Positions 38,420 to 51,227 of a stretch of 64,000 bases of DNA are shown here, in pieces; within the stretch, counting starts at the first letter, position 1, and each line of letters opens with the position of its first letter. The stretch spans positions 60,884,001 to 60,948,000 of the forward strand of contig JAGIQG010000011.1 of NCBI GenBank assembly GCA_024679065.1, given 5' to 3'. Both the position numbers and the translations under genes were made by a program. This DNA comes from Sphyrna mokarran (taxonomy: Eukaryota). A model generated the notes under the pieces. The model searched no databases, had not been told where the DNA came from, and saw nothing but the letters and a program-made list of their open reading frames with translations.

Positions 38420-38572
38420 CTCATTGATAGATTCTTGGTAAGCCAGGAGATGAGAGGTTATCAGAAGGATGCAGATTTGAGAAAAACATCAGCTTAATGC
38501 CACGATCTTATTAAATAGTGGAGCAGGATTGAGTGGCTGAATGGCCTCCTCCTGCTGCTTGTTCATATGTTC
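38420..38572 (+). mobile_element. CR1 3' tail fragment
   Basis: gatagattcttggtaagc...tcagc...gatcttattaaatagtggagcagg...ggctgaatggcctcctcctgct, homologous to 30346-30500. Confidence 0.75.
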
Positions 38573-40087
38573 AGCTTCATCCTGCAATCTGGTATTACAA
38601 GCAAGTTGCTGATGGTGTGATCGTGAACTGTTTGCTGCCTGCCCGTTTTTCTTTACACCAACTTTCTCCTTTTCAGCTCCTGCTTTCAGATGCCCAAGGA
38701 CTATTACCCGTCCAGCCAGGCCCATGAGAAGAAAAGAAAGTTGCAGCTCAGCATTAATGAAGAGATTCTGTCGCTTCATCTGATACCCATTGTTGCCAGC
38801 TCTGCACATGCTTGGAGATGGATATAGAGTTGGGATTATGCTATTGTGAGTCATTTGGACAAGACTGACTTGTAGCCAGACCAGTGGCAAAGTATGATTT
38901 GTTTGCCAGGGTGAGGTGATTATTGCTGCAGACGACTCAAAGAAGAATGTTGATGGGTGGCATACTAGAGAATGCTGAAGGGATAGGCATACTGAATACT
39001 ATGTACATTTAACTGCCCTGTCAGACAGCCCCTTATCACTGATAAGGAGCATGGAGGAGTCACCACTGCAGATAAATGCACAAGCCATGCGAAAGCTACA
39101 GGGGCACCACTGCTTAGAGTGGTGTAAAGCTCTGTAGTATGTGAGGCAATATCTTGTCCATAATCTTAATGTTTTGAGATGTTTAACAAGTATTTTTTTT
39201 TCTCTCAATGACTGGTTTCTTGATAGTTTCTGTCATCAGAAAAAGCCAGCATAAACTGGATAAATGGAAAGAATTCTTGCATCAAAATAAGTGAAGGCAC
39301 CATTGGGAGGAGGCCAAACAGGAGCTGGTAATTACCATCAGTGTGCGATGTAGTTGGAAGTTGTGCTCATCCCAATTCCATATTTAGGTTTATAAAGCCT
39401 AACTTTATTGTGGTTCCAGCAACAGTCTCTTTAAGGACTAATGACTAGGCTACCTCAATTCTCTGAATGTTCCTAACCTGGGCCAATCAAATTCAGTGCA
39501 AACTAATTTGGGGCATGAATCCCTCCTTTGGCAAGGCTAATGACGCCTCTTTTGATGGTTATGTTGATATGGCAGGCAATGCGCTTTTAGCTCAGAATGT
39601 GCATACAGTTAATGCAGTTGTTCTAATTTGGCACCTTTAACATGAGTACAACATCATTGAATTTCCAGATCACAGTACTTGTTATGAGGCAGAAACAATT
39701 TTTTGTTGCACGCTCTTGCTGAGCTACAGATAACAATGATTAATAATTACTTATAATAACCTGCTCATTGGATTTGACATAGTTTAATGTTGTGTCACAT
39801 GTGCTTTTCTGCAATAGATATCAAACACAGATTAGTGTGCTGAGTAATTAGCTACTTACAAGTAAATAGAAAGATGAGACTCATAAGATTTGGAAACTGT
39901 AACAAGCTTAGAGTAATATTAAATGTGAAATACAACGTGAAACTCCATATTGGATCAGATATCCTTTGAAGACTTAAACTAAGTTTCTAATAAATGCAGG
40001 AGAAAGTTTCAGTTCAATGTAGATTTCCAACTGTTTGCATTTGATATTAGTTTTGGTATTGATATAACAGTTTGATTTGCAATGTGG

Positions 40088-41600
40088 TATATGTAACATA
40101 CTATATAAGTCGACTTTTGAGACCTTGAAAAACTACTGCAAAAACAGAGGTCAACATGATTGCTATGAATAAAACGTGAACTGGTGTCATTGTAGGTGGT
40201 CACTATTTTGAAATATAAAATAAGTATTTCAAATTAAATCAATGTGACATGTATTGATGAATTAATTAATTCTAAAAGAATATCTTTAATTACAATCAAA
40301 TGATTTAAAAATCATCAAATTCATTGTCTTTGGCATCCAATGCAAAATTTATCAAATTCATCATGAGTTATTTCAGCTGTGACATCATTGTAAAGATCCA
40401 CTCTGTATCAAGTCTGGCACTTCTGGTTCAGAACCTTCTCTGCATGACAAATCATCTTCCTTTCCATCCACTGAATTGGTTGTTCTGCATTTTTTGAATA
40501 ATCTGATGACAGTTTGTCCATTAATGGTACTCCACAATTTAATGATGAAACCACACAATAAATCAAGCTGGCAGCACACACATTTTCACACTTTGTGGTG
40601 ATTTTCCTCTGTCAATCATTCAGCAGGAACATAATCTTTGCATGGCTTGTTGAACTTGGACATTAGATCCCTTGGTATAACTGCAATCTGCTGTTATTCC
40701 TTTGCAGGCACTACTTGATCTCATTGGCTATATGGGAACATGTCCCACACCAATAAACTGCATTCCTTATCTAGGCCACTAGGACATCCATTTCATATTT
40801 TATCGATCCACAGCTTCACTTCATTCTCATTCATCCAAATGTTATCATGGATATAAGCAAAAACTCCAGCAGAAGATTTGATTTTCCATTTTAAAATTAC
40901 CATAGTCTTTAATTTTATTCCATTGGCTATTAAGGCTAATGCCACTGTGAATCTTGTCTTCTCATGTTCTGTGGTTTTCACTGCAACTGTTTTCAAACCT
41001 TTCAGTTTCTGGGCATGTCAAAATTCATGGGTCTTTCAACTATGATGGTGATGTAACTTAACTGGTAATCATGTTTTTGCTACTGTCTGATGATGGATTG
41101 CTGAGAACTGATAATTTTTGCAATGAGGTCTTTTAATGGTCTTTGAGCGATCTTGGTCTCCTCCTACAATACCAGACTACTTTGTTCCATAAAATGGTTA
41201 CATCAAATACTTGTTACTCTGAAATCTTTGGTAGTCTCAGAATTTGATTTGACCCATTTAAGTGAGCATGTATGCATTGTATTTCTGGTGACAACGTGGC
41301 CATTCCAACAGTTTTCAAGGATTCCATTCCTCTCAAGATCAGGTAATAGCTGGTACCTCTTCTCATGGCTCATTTTGCTTTGGGAATCTAGAATGAGTAA
41401 CTTCTTCCTCCATTGTCACACTAGTCTTAGACTCTAAGTATATGCCTAAACAAGAATTGTTTAGAGTTGCCTTCTAAGCCGAGATGACCTAAACCTTTCA
41501 GTGAAGAGCAACTTATACATAGAAAATGATTGCAATACTTTTGAGGGCATGCCTGAATCTTGGCAAAACTCCAGTGCTGTCTCCAATAATGCACAGAGTT
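40088..41600 (-). mobile_element. Degenerate pogo-family (POGK/Tigger-like DDE_1) DNA transposon
   Basis: Minus-strand peptides KTTEHEKTRFTVALALIANGIKLKTMVILK, WMNENEVKLW, LLVWDMF, NKPCKD and FKKC...DGKEDD in the expected order; tataagtcgac terminal motif at ~40105. Confidence 0.8.
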
Positions 41601-42266
41601 CTATTTAACCACTCAATTCTTTTGAAGTCAGACGAATTTCATAAATGTAATTAATAAATACCATATGCGTAAATAGATAAATATGTACACATGGAAGCAA
41701 GGAAGCCACACAATACTTAAGTACGGATGAGTCACAACTTTCTCTGGACAAATATTTGGAAAAAGTTAGTATCATTAGTATCAACTCCTGCCACAAACTG
41801 TTCTCCCTCAGCACTTAGCATCTTCCATTCTGGCCATCTGATCAGATTAAGTCAAATTGTGCGAATCCTGGCTGTCATGTTCAAGTGGAGCTAAGCTTCG
41901 AATCCCACAATGTGTTCATCACCCTGACTGCCTATTTCACTTTTGCATTGTCTTCTTGGTAGATCAGTTATCAGTTGTGCCATCTTTTGAAATATTTGTA
42001 CACAGTTTTGTAACCATTAGACTACATTATTCCAATGCGCTCTGTCAACCACCATGTACCATGAACTCCAAATCCAATTGCTGTATTCTATTCCATGCTC
42101 AACTTTATATGCTATTATTCCATTCTTGCTGAGCTACTTCCTACTCTCCAAACAATTATATTCAAAATTGCTATCCTTATCCTTTAATTCCTCTAAAACT
42201 TGCATTTACTTTACGCTACCTCAGCTCTATATTACTTCCCATACCTGTGGGTCACCGATTTTAATG

Positions 42267-42560
42267 TTTATTTATTAGTGTCACAAGTAGGCTTACATTA
42301 ACACTGCAATGAAGTTACTGTGAAAATCGCCTACTTGCCACACTTCGGCTGTTCAGGTACACTGAGAGAGAAATTAGTGTGGTCACCTCACCTGACCAGC
42401 ATGTCTTTCAGACTGTGGGAGGAAACTACAGCAACTGAAGGACATGCAGGCACAGCAAGGATGTGCAGATTCTGTATAGATAGTAATCCAAGCTGGGAAT
42501 CACACCCAGATCCCTAGTGCTGTGATGCAACAGTGCTAACCGTAGGGCTACCTTGCTACC
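42267..42560 (-). mobile_element. V-SINE variant with a different (non-HER1) 3' tail
   Basis: Reverse tRNA head at 42490-42560; tail (minus strand) gattttcacagtaacttcattgcagtgttaatgtaagcctacttgtgacactaataaa. Confidence 0.8.
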
Positions 42561-42649
42561 TGTGCACTCCCTTCTTTCTTTACTCCACTACTGATGCCAA
42601 AACTCTTTTTTAACTTCAGTCTTAAATCTTAAAAATTCTACCCTGAAAA

Positions 42650-43760
42650 CAATAAAATCACAAAGTCTATTCAGCGTTTGTGCCTATTCTGTCATTTAAT
42701 CTTATTCTCAATTTTATCCACATACCTTGGCCCCAATTCCACTTGTTCCCTTGGAGAGCAAAAACCGAATGCTCTTAGAATCAGAATTACTTGAGCTTGT
42801 ATGTATTGCTGTTGGTGCTAAACAGTTCCACACTTCTATTATGAAGATATATTTCCTTTTTCTCTTCTGAATATTTGGGATCTCATCGTAATCTTGTCTA
42901 GTCTACCTTATCAGCACAGAAAATTTATTTCTGTTACCCTATCAACTTCTTTCAAAATCTTAAAAATATTAAACAATTCACCACTTAACCTTCTACTTTC
43001 CAGGAAATACAAGCTTAGATTATATAATTGCTTCATTATTTTAACCCTTCATGCCTTTGTAACATTCTGCTGAATCTATGCTGTATTCCTTGCTAAAGCC
43101 AATATATCCTGTCAAAAGTGCAGTGCCAAGAACTGCACACAGTACCCCACATGGAGTATTATTATTGCTTTGTATAGCTGTAGCAAAATGCACTCCTCTT
43201 TATATTCTAACCTTTTAGATATAAAGATAATATATAATTCATCATTTTGATTATTTTTGTACTTGGCCACTACAGTTTAACAATCTGTGTACATGGATTG
43301 CTAAATCTCTTCAGAACTACATTGTTCCTAACTTTTCAGGATTTAATTAAATACTCAGACCCATCCATTTTTGGTCCAAAATGCATAACCTCACACATAG
43401 CAGAGTTGAAATTCATCTATCACATTTTTGTCCACTCACTTAATCTATCAGTGTCTCTTTGTAGTTGTATGCCCCCATCTGCCTTACTTACTCTGCCACA
43501 TACTTGTGTGATCAGCAAACTTTGATATATGGCTCTCCACTGTGTTATCTAAGTCATCAATAAATATAGCCCTAGCACAGATTCTCATGAGGGAGCACCA
43601 GTCATATCCTTTGAATTTGAGCACATAATATTATCCCTGCTCTCTATCTTCCACTGCTTAACCAATCTCCTGTTCCTCCTAATTTACCTGTAATTCCATT
43701 GGCTTTAATTTCAGCCAACAGTATCTTATCTGCAACCATATCAAACATCTATTTTCTCTC
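42650..43760 (-). mobile_element. Old CR1-clade LINE fragment
   Basis: agaactgcacacagta (reverse of YCVQF), gtgatcagcaaactt (reverse of KFAD), aagtcatcaataaatat (reverse of YxxDL). Confidence 0.7.
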
Positions 43761-45404
43761 ACAATTTTAAAAATCAACTCAAAATTCACCTTTTCCAGTA
43801 ATTCACTGATGGTCCCATTTATTGCCACCACAGCCTAATAGTCTCTATTGTGAGGCAAATCATTTTATTGTCAATGAAGATCAAGTCCTTAAGTGGAGAT
43901 TGAACACCTAACTATTTGACTCGCAGGTTGGTATACTGCCAACTGAGCCAGCATGTAGTTGCAAGAATATATTCATATTGTACGGCATTAAAAAAAGATT
44001 AAAGCATGGTTTTGAATAGAACATGTTGCTACAAAAAATGCAGCTTTTATCTGTGATTGAAAATTGCAGATTTGAGTCAGTAAAGAGATCGACAGTTTTG
44101 ATAACTCAGATAAATAAAAGCACGATACTAATTAACCACAATAGTACCTTTTGTGGAAATATTCAAAGAAGCAATTCTGTTGGTGGCAACTAGCAGCAGC
44201 ACTTACCTTCAAAATCAATGGATTTAAAACTTTCCTAATATTCTATTTGAAATCTCTGCCTCACTTCCTTTTTCACTCCTTTAAGTGCCAGCCTAGGAAA
44301 AGGCATAGTAGGCTGAGTGGTCATGTGGCCACTGGGATGATGTGGGTACAAAAGGTGCCATATATCAGGAATGTGGGTGTTCTCCCCTGGGTGCAAGCGG
44401 ACACACAGCATGCAAGAGCTGCTCAATATTATCAATAAACCTTCATTGTTGTTAGTCCCTGGTTGCCAGCTATTGCAACCCAGTACTTTTACAGCTACTT
44501 CAAAGAGAAAAAACATGAGGCAAGGGAAAACTACCTCAGCTATACTTTGCCAATATATGACTGAAGATTTTCATGTGAACTGTGTGTAGCTTGGAAATTT
44601 GCAATGGCACTAATCATGGGATAAAAATACTTCGCTATTTTTGGATATTGCTATTGAACAATAGTGTTAGAGGAATACAACTTAGATGAACCAAAGGCAG
44701 CTCAAAACATTATCATACATAGTTCTAGATTGCTATTTTATCAGTAGTTGACGCATAGTTATTATTTCATGCAGATGTAAATAGTTTATTATGAGTTTCC
44801 TCTGGTATAGTGTTTGCTCTTCAAAAAATTAAAAGCTGCAAAGTGTTTGATAAGAATAAGCTGAAAACATGAACTTCAGCAAGGGAGTAAAACAGATACT
44901 ATATAGATTGACTGTCATTATATGCCCTCCTGGCATTCCTTTCTATAAAAGTCAACAAAAGAAAACTTAAAACATTCTGGTTTTATTCCACCATATGATA
45001 AATAGTAATGAAATCCATGATTGCATAATTAATGAGGTTGGATACACATGTGTTCCCAATGGCCTCCATGGCGGGTGACACTGCTGCTTGCCATCCTGCC
45101 ATAAGATTTATGGTCACGTCCCTCTATTGCGAGTTTTCTGAAACTGGAGGCAGTTCACCATCGGTTGCTGTGGGATGTTCTAGTCCTGCTAATGTCTATG
45201 GTATTTTGCACAGCTTGCCCGTCCTACTGCTAGGGAGCCATCATGTGGGAGGGTGGGGGTGTGGGTTGGGGTGGGGAGGGGGTCACCTTCAGTAGGGTCT
45301 ATGACTGAAGTTCAGAAAATCCCACCCTTTGTCTTGGAATGAAAAATTCCATCTGCTTCTCTCTACAGATCTTGTCTGAAACTGAGTATCTTTTTTTTAT
45401 CTTT

Positions 45405-45642
45405 ATGTGCACCATTCCTCTGGGTACTACAGTTTCTTCCTACAGTCCAAAGATGTGCAGGTTAGGTGGATTGGTCATACTAAATTGCCTCTTGGTGAAC
45501 AAAAGTTGTGTAAGTTAGGGGATTAGTGGGGTAAATACATGGGATTACAGGGATAGAGCTGGGATGGGATGCTCTATCAGAGAGTTGGTGCAGACTCAAT
45601 GGGCTGAATGTCTTCCTTCTGCACTGTGGGAATTCCATGATT
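45405..45642 (+). mobile_element. 5'-truncated HE1-type V-SINE
   Basis: cagtccaaagatgtgcaggttaggtggattggtcatactaaattg...gggctgaatgtcttccttctgcactgt. Confidence 0.8.
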
Positions 45643-46559
45643 TAATCTTATTTCCTTTGTAATGATTCATAACATGATATGTCCTACATTAAGATGATTC
45701 ATTTGTCTTTAACAATGTTCCTTTTTTCAGTTCACCCAGTCACAAGCCAAACTCAAGTAATGTATGATTAATAGATCTGACTTCCTCGGGATAGAGTTTG
45801 GAGAACTAAAAATAAAAGAAATAAAGTTTGAATGGTAATTTTCATCTCATCAGTGCATGCAAGTACTCCCAATGGACCGTTGATTCAGTTACTTTAAATC
45901 TTGATGCCCCAATATTTATTATTTAAAGTAGAACAATTTAAAAATAGAACATAAATGTAATAAGTCCTATTGGATTTTATCAAATATTTATTTTAAAGAC
46001 ATCCCATAGCATTGACATATCCAATGTTGCAAGAAATAGTTAATAGTATTAGCATTGATTAGACCATGTTAATCATACTGGTCATCAAAGAGGTTATAGT
46101 CCTCACTGTGCATAACATATATCTACATTACCTTCATATTTTAACAACAATTGTTTTAGGGCAATCGTTTCCAGTTTCATAATGCAATTCTGCATTCACC
46201 CTCCTTATAACTTGATCACTGTTAAATTGCCACCAACAAGTCAAATCCTAAACTCAGCCTTAATATGCACTTGTTGTTCTCAATCTTGTTCTGTGTTTTA
46301 CAATTGTTCTTAGTCCAAAACCTTCTTCAATCATTGGCTTCAGAAGTAATTATCTATGAGCAACACTATAGTAATATTTATTTTTGTTACAAACGTATGG
46401 GTAGAGGAAATAGGTTTAATTTTTGAAATAAGAGAGTACTGAAATTATTATTCATATTGGAATGCAAAATTCAGATTTCCAATAGGAAGAAGTAAAATTA
46501 GTGCTGGAGCAAATATGATGTTGTTGCACCAGAGGAGACTGGAAGGAGAAGGACAACAA

Positions 46560-47100
46560 CTGAACTGTCAGAAATAAAATCATGGAACAGGACAACACAG
46601 GCCCATCGGGTTTGCACCAGGTAAAGTGCAAGTGCAAGTAGTACCACTTTCATGATCTTTTTCCATATGTCTGCAATTATTTGTCTGCAAATATTTATTC
46701 AATTACATTTGAAATGTATTAATTCTGTTTCCAGCACCTATTAGTCAATGAATTACAACTCTTAACATTCATTTGCTTTAAGAAGATTTTCCTCATTTTG
46801 CCACTTGTTCCTTTGGCAATCACCTAAAATCTATACACTCTGGTTATTAGCCCTTCAACCATTGGAAACTGTTTGTCCTTAATTACTCCATTTAAACCTG
46901 TCATGGTTTTAAATACCTCCATCAAATCTTCTCCTACCCAACCCAATCAAATGAACATCCTTGATCTCGTCAGATTATCCATATTAATTAAATCCTGGAA
47001 CCATTCTAGTACTTCTGCATAATAGCTAAAACCTTCAGAATACAACACAGTAGTGGGGTTAAAACTAACATTTTATATAGGTGTTTGAAATATTGCCATT
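46560..47100 (-). mobile_element. Very old CR1 3' fragment
   Basis: aaatcatggaacaggacaacacaggcccatc reverse tail; catggttttaaatacctccatcaaatct (reverse of DLMEVFKTM). Confidence 0.55.
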
Positions 47101-50100
47101 TGAATTCAAAATTCTGTCTGAAATTGATATTATTACCAATTACATCTTTTCTGGTATCCTTTTAATTGCTTTTGTTTCCATTTGTAACTTCCCTTTGTTT
47201 TCTGCCTAGGTACCATTTTCTCCATTTCTATTTACCCTTTGTTGCCTCTCTCTGTCTTCTCAGTCCAGATTATTTACTCCCTTGTCTGGTCTCCCTCTGT
47301 TTTCCTCTCTTGCACCTCCCTGCATTTTTTGATTGCTGATTTACCTCACTCCTTTCCTTTTTCTCACTCATGCACTGACAAGCTGTGATTATGCAACATT
47401 AAAATTAATAAGTCTTGTAACTTCACAGCAATCCAGTTTTGAAAACCAGTCACTGCTGAGAGCTGCTGTCACCTGTCGACGTTCACCATTTGGCTTTGAA
47501 ACGCGCTGCAATAATCTTTACACCTCTGCACGTGTGCCATACTATTCAAGATGTTCGCTGACTGTGTGGACATACTTCCAATTTATAAAAAAAATGGTGC
47601 AGTTAATGAAATTCTAGCCTATAGTAATATATGATTTGCACTTGTAAAGTAATCCAGCAGAGATTTATATTAATGGCAACATTCCTGAATAGGTGTGAAT
47701 GCTATATAATTTGGCAATATTTTGCAATAAGCTTGAGAACAGGTCATTCTAAGCAAATTTTGTTTCTGCCTCCTATGGATATTCAATTTAATCTTCCAAT
47801 AGTGTGGATCTGCTATATATGTGGCATTCATGTGAAGTGATTTCTGTTTAATAGTAATGAATGAATTGGGAATATAATTATGGCTGAACAGTATTTAAAG
47901 CTTAAAAGATTATAGCTTGTCCGTAAACAATGGTTTTATGGTTCTATTGTCTGAGTAGGACAGCAATTCAGTTGGTTCTTTTTCAATTTTATTGCAATTT
48001 AAGTGCTGATCAACTGCTGAGTACAGAACTGGATTGAAAACACAACAAACTTTATTCTAATAATTATTTTAACTGCTCTACAAAGGGTGTAGTTATCTTG
48101 TTAACTACTCTACTTTGGAAAGCCTGTAGTTTTTTAAGAAGGAATTTTGCAAAACTGGGCTGTACAATTTCAGTACAATCAATATGGAAAACATCTGTTT
48201 GTTTCAAACAATAGGCTGCCCTATTGAAACAGTATTGCCTGAACACTGTTGGATACACCAAGTATTGCCTTTACTCAGCATTTCACTTGATTTAATACTG
48301 AGATCAGATGCATTTCACAAAAAAAACTACATGAATGGATAAAAGAAATAAAGACTTGTTATTTTGCTCCATCACTGTATACCTCTGGCACTAGAATGTT
48401 TAAGGTGAGAAAATATTACATGCCTAATGAATGTTGTCATGAGCACTAACGATAAGGTAGGTTTCTCTAATGGGTAACAACTGCTGTGGTCTCTGAATTT
48501 GTCCATAAAAGCAGAACTGCAATTGTGCCTTTTATTTTTATTTATTAAGGATTTGGGCAGATAAGGAGTTTTGAAAAGAAAGAATTTGCACAATATACTA
48601 TATTTCAGAAAATTTGCTTGCAGCATATTTTCAAAACACTGTCATGCACCACAAAAACTTCAGTTTTGATTCAGATGCTGATATAAATTGGTTGGCAATT
48701 TATAGGAATCTTACATTGGGTTTTAATTTCTTGTATGCACACTCCTGTTTTTTTTAACATGATGGCTGTATGTGCTTTGAAAATGTAAATGTGAGAAATT
48801 TTATTAAAATGATTTAAAAACATATTTTCTGAAAGCATTTTTTAAATGTAATCTTGATTATTTTAATGCTTAAAATGATGTGCATATTAACCATGTTAGT
48901 GTTCAAATCATACATTTATATTATGCACTTTGTGCCACAGCAATATTAAAGAGGAATTTCAGAAAAGCAAACATTCACCGTGATTATACAGATTTGTAAT
49001 TTTGCTTCTGACCTGTTTTGAGACTGTTTGAGGATACTGGGGACAGCATTGGTCCTGCAAGTGAATACTGACCTTGCCCAAGTCAGCTCAGTACCTAAAT
49101 GGCATCAAAGTGAACAAAATATTAACACATTGACTGTAAAGTATATGTGCAAAATTATGACTTCTTAAAATATAGATAGATGTTATCAAATTCACATGCC
49201 AGATAATAAGCTACAAAATGAAAAAAATAGGTTTCTAGATGCAAGGTTGGTTGGTCAGAATTAAATGTATGACTTCCAGGCATCAATGTTTTAAAATGTC
49301 TGTATGAGTTCACTAGAATGTTGATCGTAACGTGCCATTTTATTTATAACCCAGCTCCAACACAAGTGAGTGGTACAGAGCGTGACCAGAAAACACATTT
49401 AGGAAAATGCACATCTCCTACCACCCTGTGGCACTCAGCAGGTATTACATACACCAAATGTCTTTAAAACTCATTTACATTGAAATTATTACAAATACAG
49501 CCCAAAATTTTCAAAGTTCTGTCTGAAACATTCCACAAAGATAGTTTTATGAAGAAACAATACATGGACTCTAATACCCACTCTTACCATATGTGCACTC
49601 CATGTCCATCAGATGAGACCAAAACAGATGGAAATGTTATTTTTCATGGTGGTTTATGGTTTCTCAAAATATTCTGGCAAAAAGGAAAATAATTAAACAA
49701 TAAGATTATTTTCACATACTGTCATTGTCAATTATTTGTTGTTTAACATCCACACTTGCTGATAAAGAAACTTACAGCCTTTTACTAGTGGGTACGTAAG
49801 TATTGTCTGTTATTGAAGTGGTGACTGACAAAGCTAAATGTCTGCTAGTTAAAACAAGCAGGAGGCTAATAGGATTTGCTGGTGCACATTTTACAAATAC
49901 TCTGAATTTTATTTGGGGCAGATGGCTCTTAACTGCAATGAGCAACAGCAGTTAGAACAGAGAGTGAGATGGATGAAAAAAAAACATATATTTCCTTTAA
50001 ACAAGTAAGATGACCTGCAGATGTTTGTGCAGAGGAGGTGCTGACGCAGACAAGTGAAGCAACAGCTTCAAGTCTCCATTGATGTCTAACAGTGGATATC

Positions 50101-51227
50101 CACGGTAGCTGTCTTTACTGATAGGCAAGATTTATGGAGGTTATTTTCCAGATTACACACTGTCAGGGAAACTGCAGTTAAAGAAAGGAAAATGCACCAT
50201 TTCTTCTGCCTACCAGGAAAAGTGATACTTACAAGAAAAACTTTAAACCATCTCACTTTCATACTTCAGGTAGTCTTTTAATAGCTGTGGGCTTTTCTCA
50301 AACCATGACATTTTTACATCAATCTCCCTCTGGGTTTTGGACCAACTGGCTTACCATAATTTGCTAGTTTCCTACACATGGTTCTACTAGACTAATAAAC
50401 GACCTTCTTATCTAACTGACACCTAACGTCAAATTAATCCACAACAAAACATGTACATTATTACTTAACAATTTGTACAAAAGTTCCACCTAGTCTGACT
50501 TTGTTATTCCTGAATTCAAAAAGTAAATTAAAGCATCATATGACAAATAATAGTTTGTTTATAAATATAGGTTAATTTAAAGCCCTAAATTGCAATTTCT
50601 TAGTTTAACCCTTAAAAACTGGTCAGCAGAGCTTTTGCTAGTTGTTATGTACTTTGGTGCATCAAGTGTTAACCATTTGCTGTACCTGTTTAAATATTGT
50701 TACAAAATTATACTTCAGTTTTTCTTCACAATATGATAGGTTTTTTTCAGTTTTGCCAAAATGTTAAATCGTATGATAGAGCTTATTGTACTATCAAATG
50801 TCACATGAGCAGAATGCTTCGATTTTCTATGTTGTTACCATTCTAGGAAGCACTTTTAAAACAAGAAGATGATGGTGATGAACAGATGCTGGAGATATTG
50901 CACCGTGAGGGGTTAGTTAAATCCTTGCTCACATTTTCCACCACGGCACCATTAAGCAGAAAAGAACACAATTACAGATTGTATCTTATCGGAACTATTT
51001 TGGAGCAACACCACAGGAATATTTTCTTTCAATATTTTTAATATGATTCTTAATGTGATGGTTGTTCTTAATAATGAAGTCTCATGAGAAGAATAAAAAT
51101 GCAGGAAATTAAATACACATTTCTTTTTAGCTTCTTCCAATCTATTTGGGTCAGATGTTTAACCATAATTCTGCACAAACCCCTGATACTTATTCGCCAA
51201 TCACCTCATATTGTTTTCATTGCATTA

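Larger units (their letters stand above)
37330..39671 (+). mobile_element. Second Harbinger-family relic (Myb/SANT ORF remnant) with nested insertions
   Basis: KTQKQCYKKSNDLMW at ~37960-38003 (RTxxQCxKKFNDL-type motif); 38362-38400 is similar to 33101-33140 in the first relic. Boundaries approximate. Confidence 0.55.
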
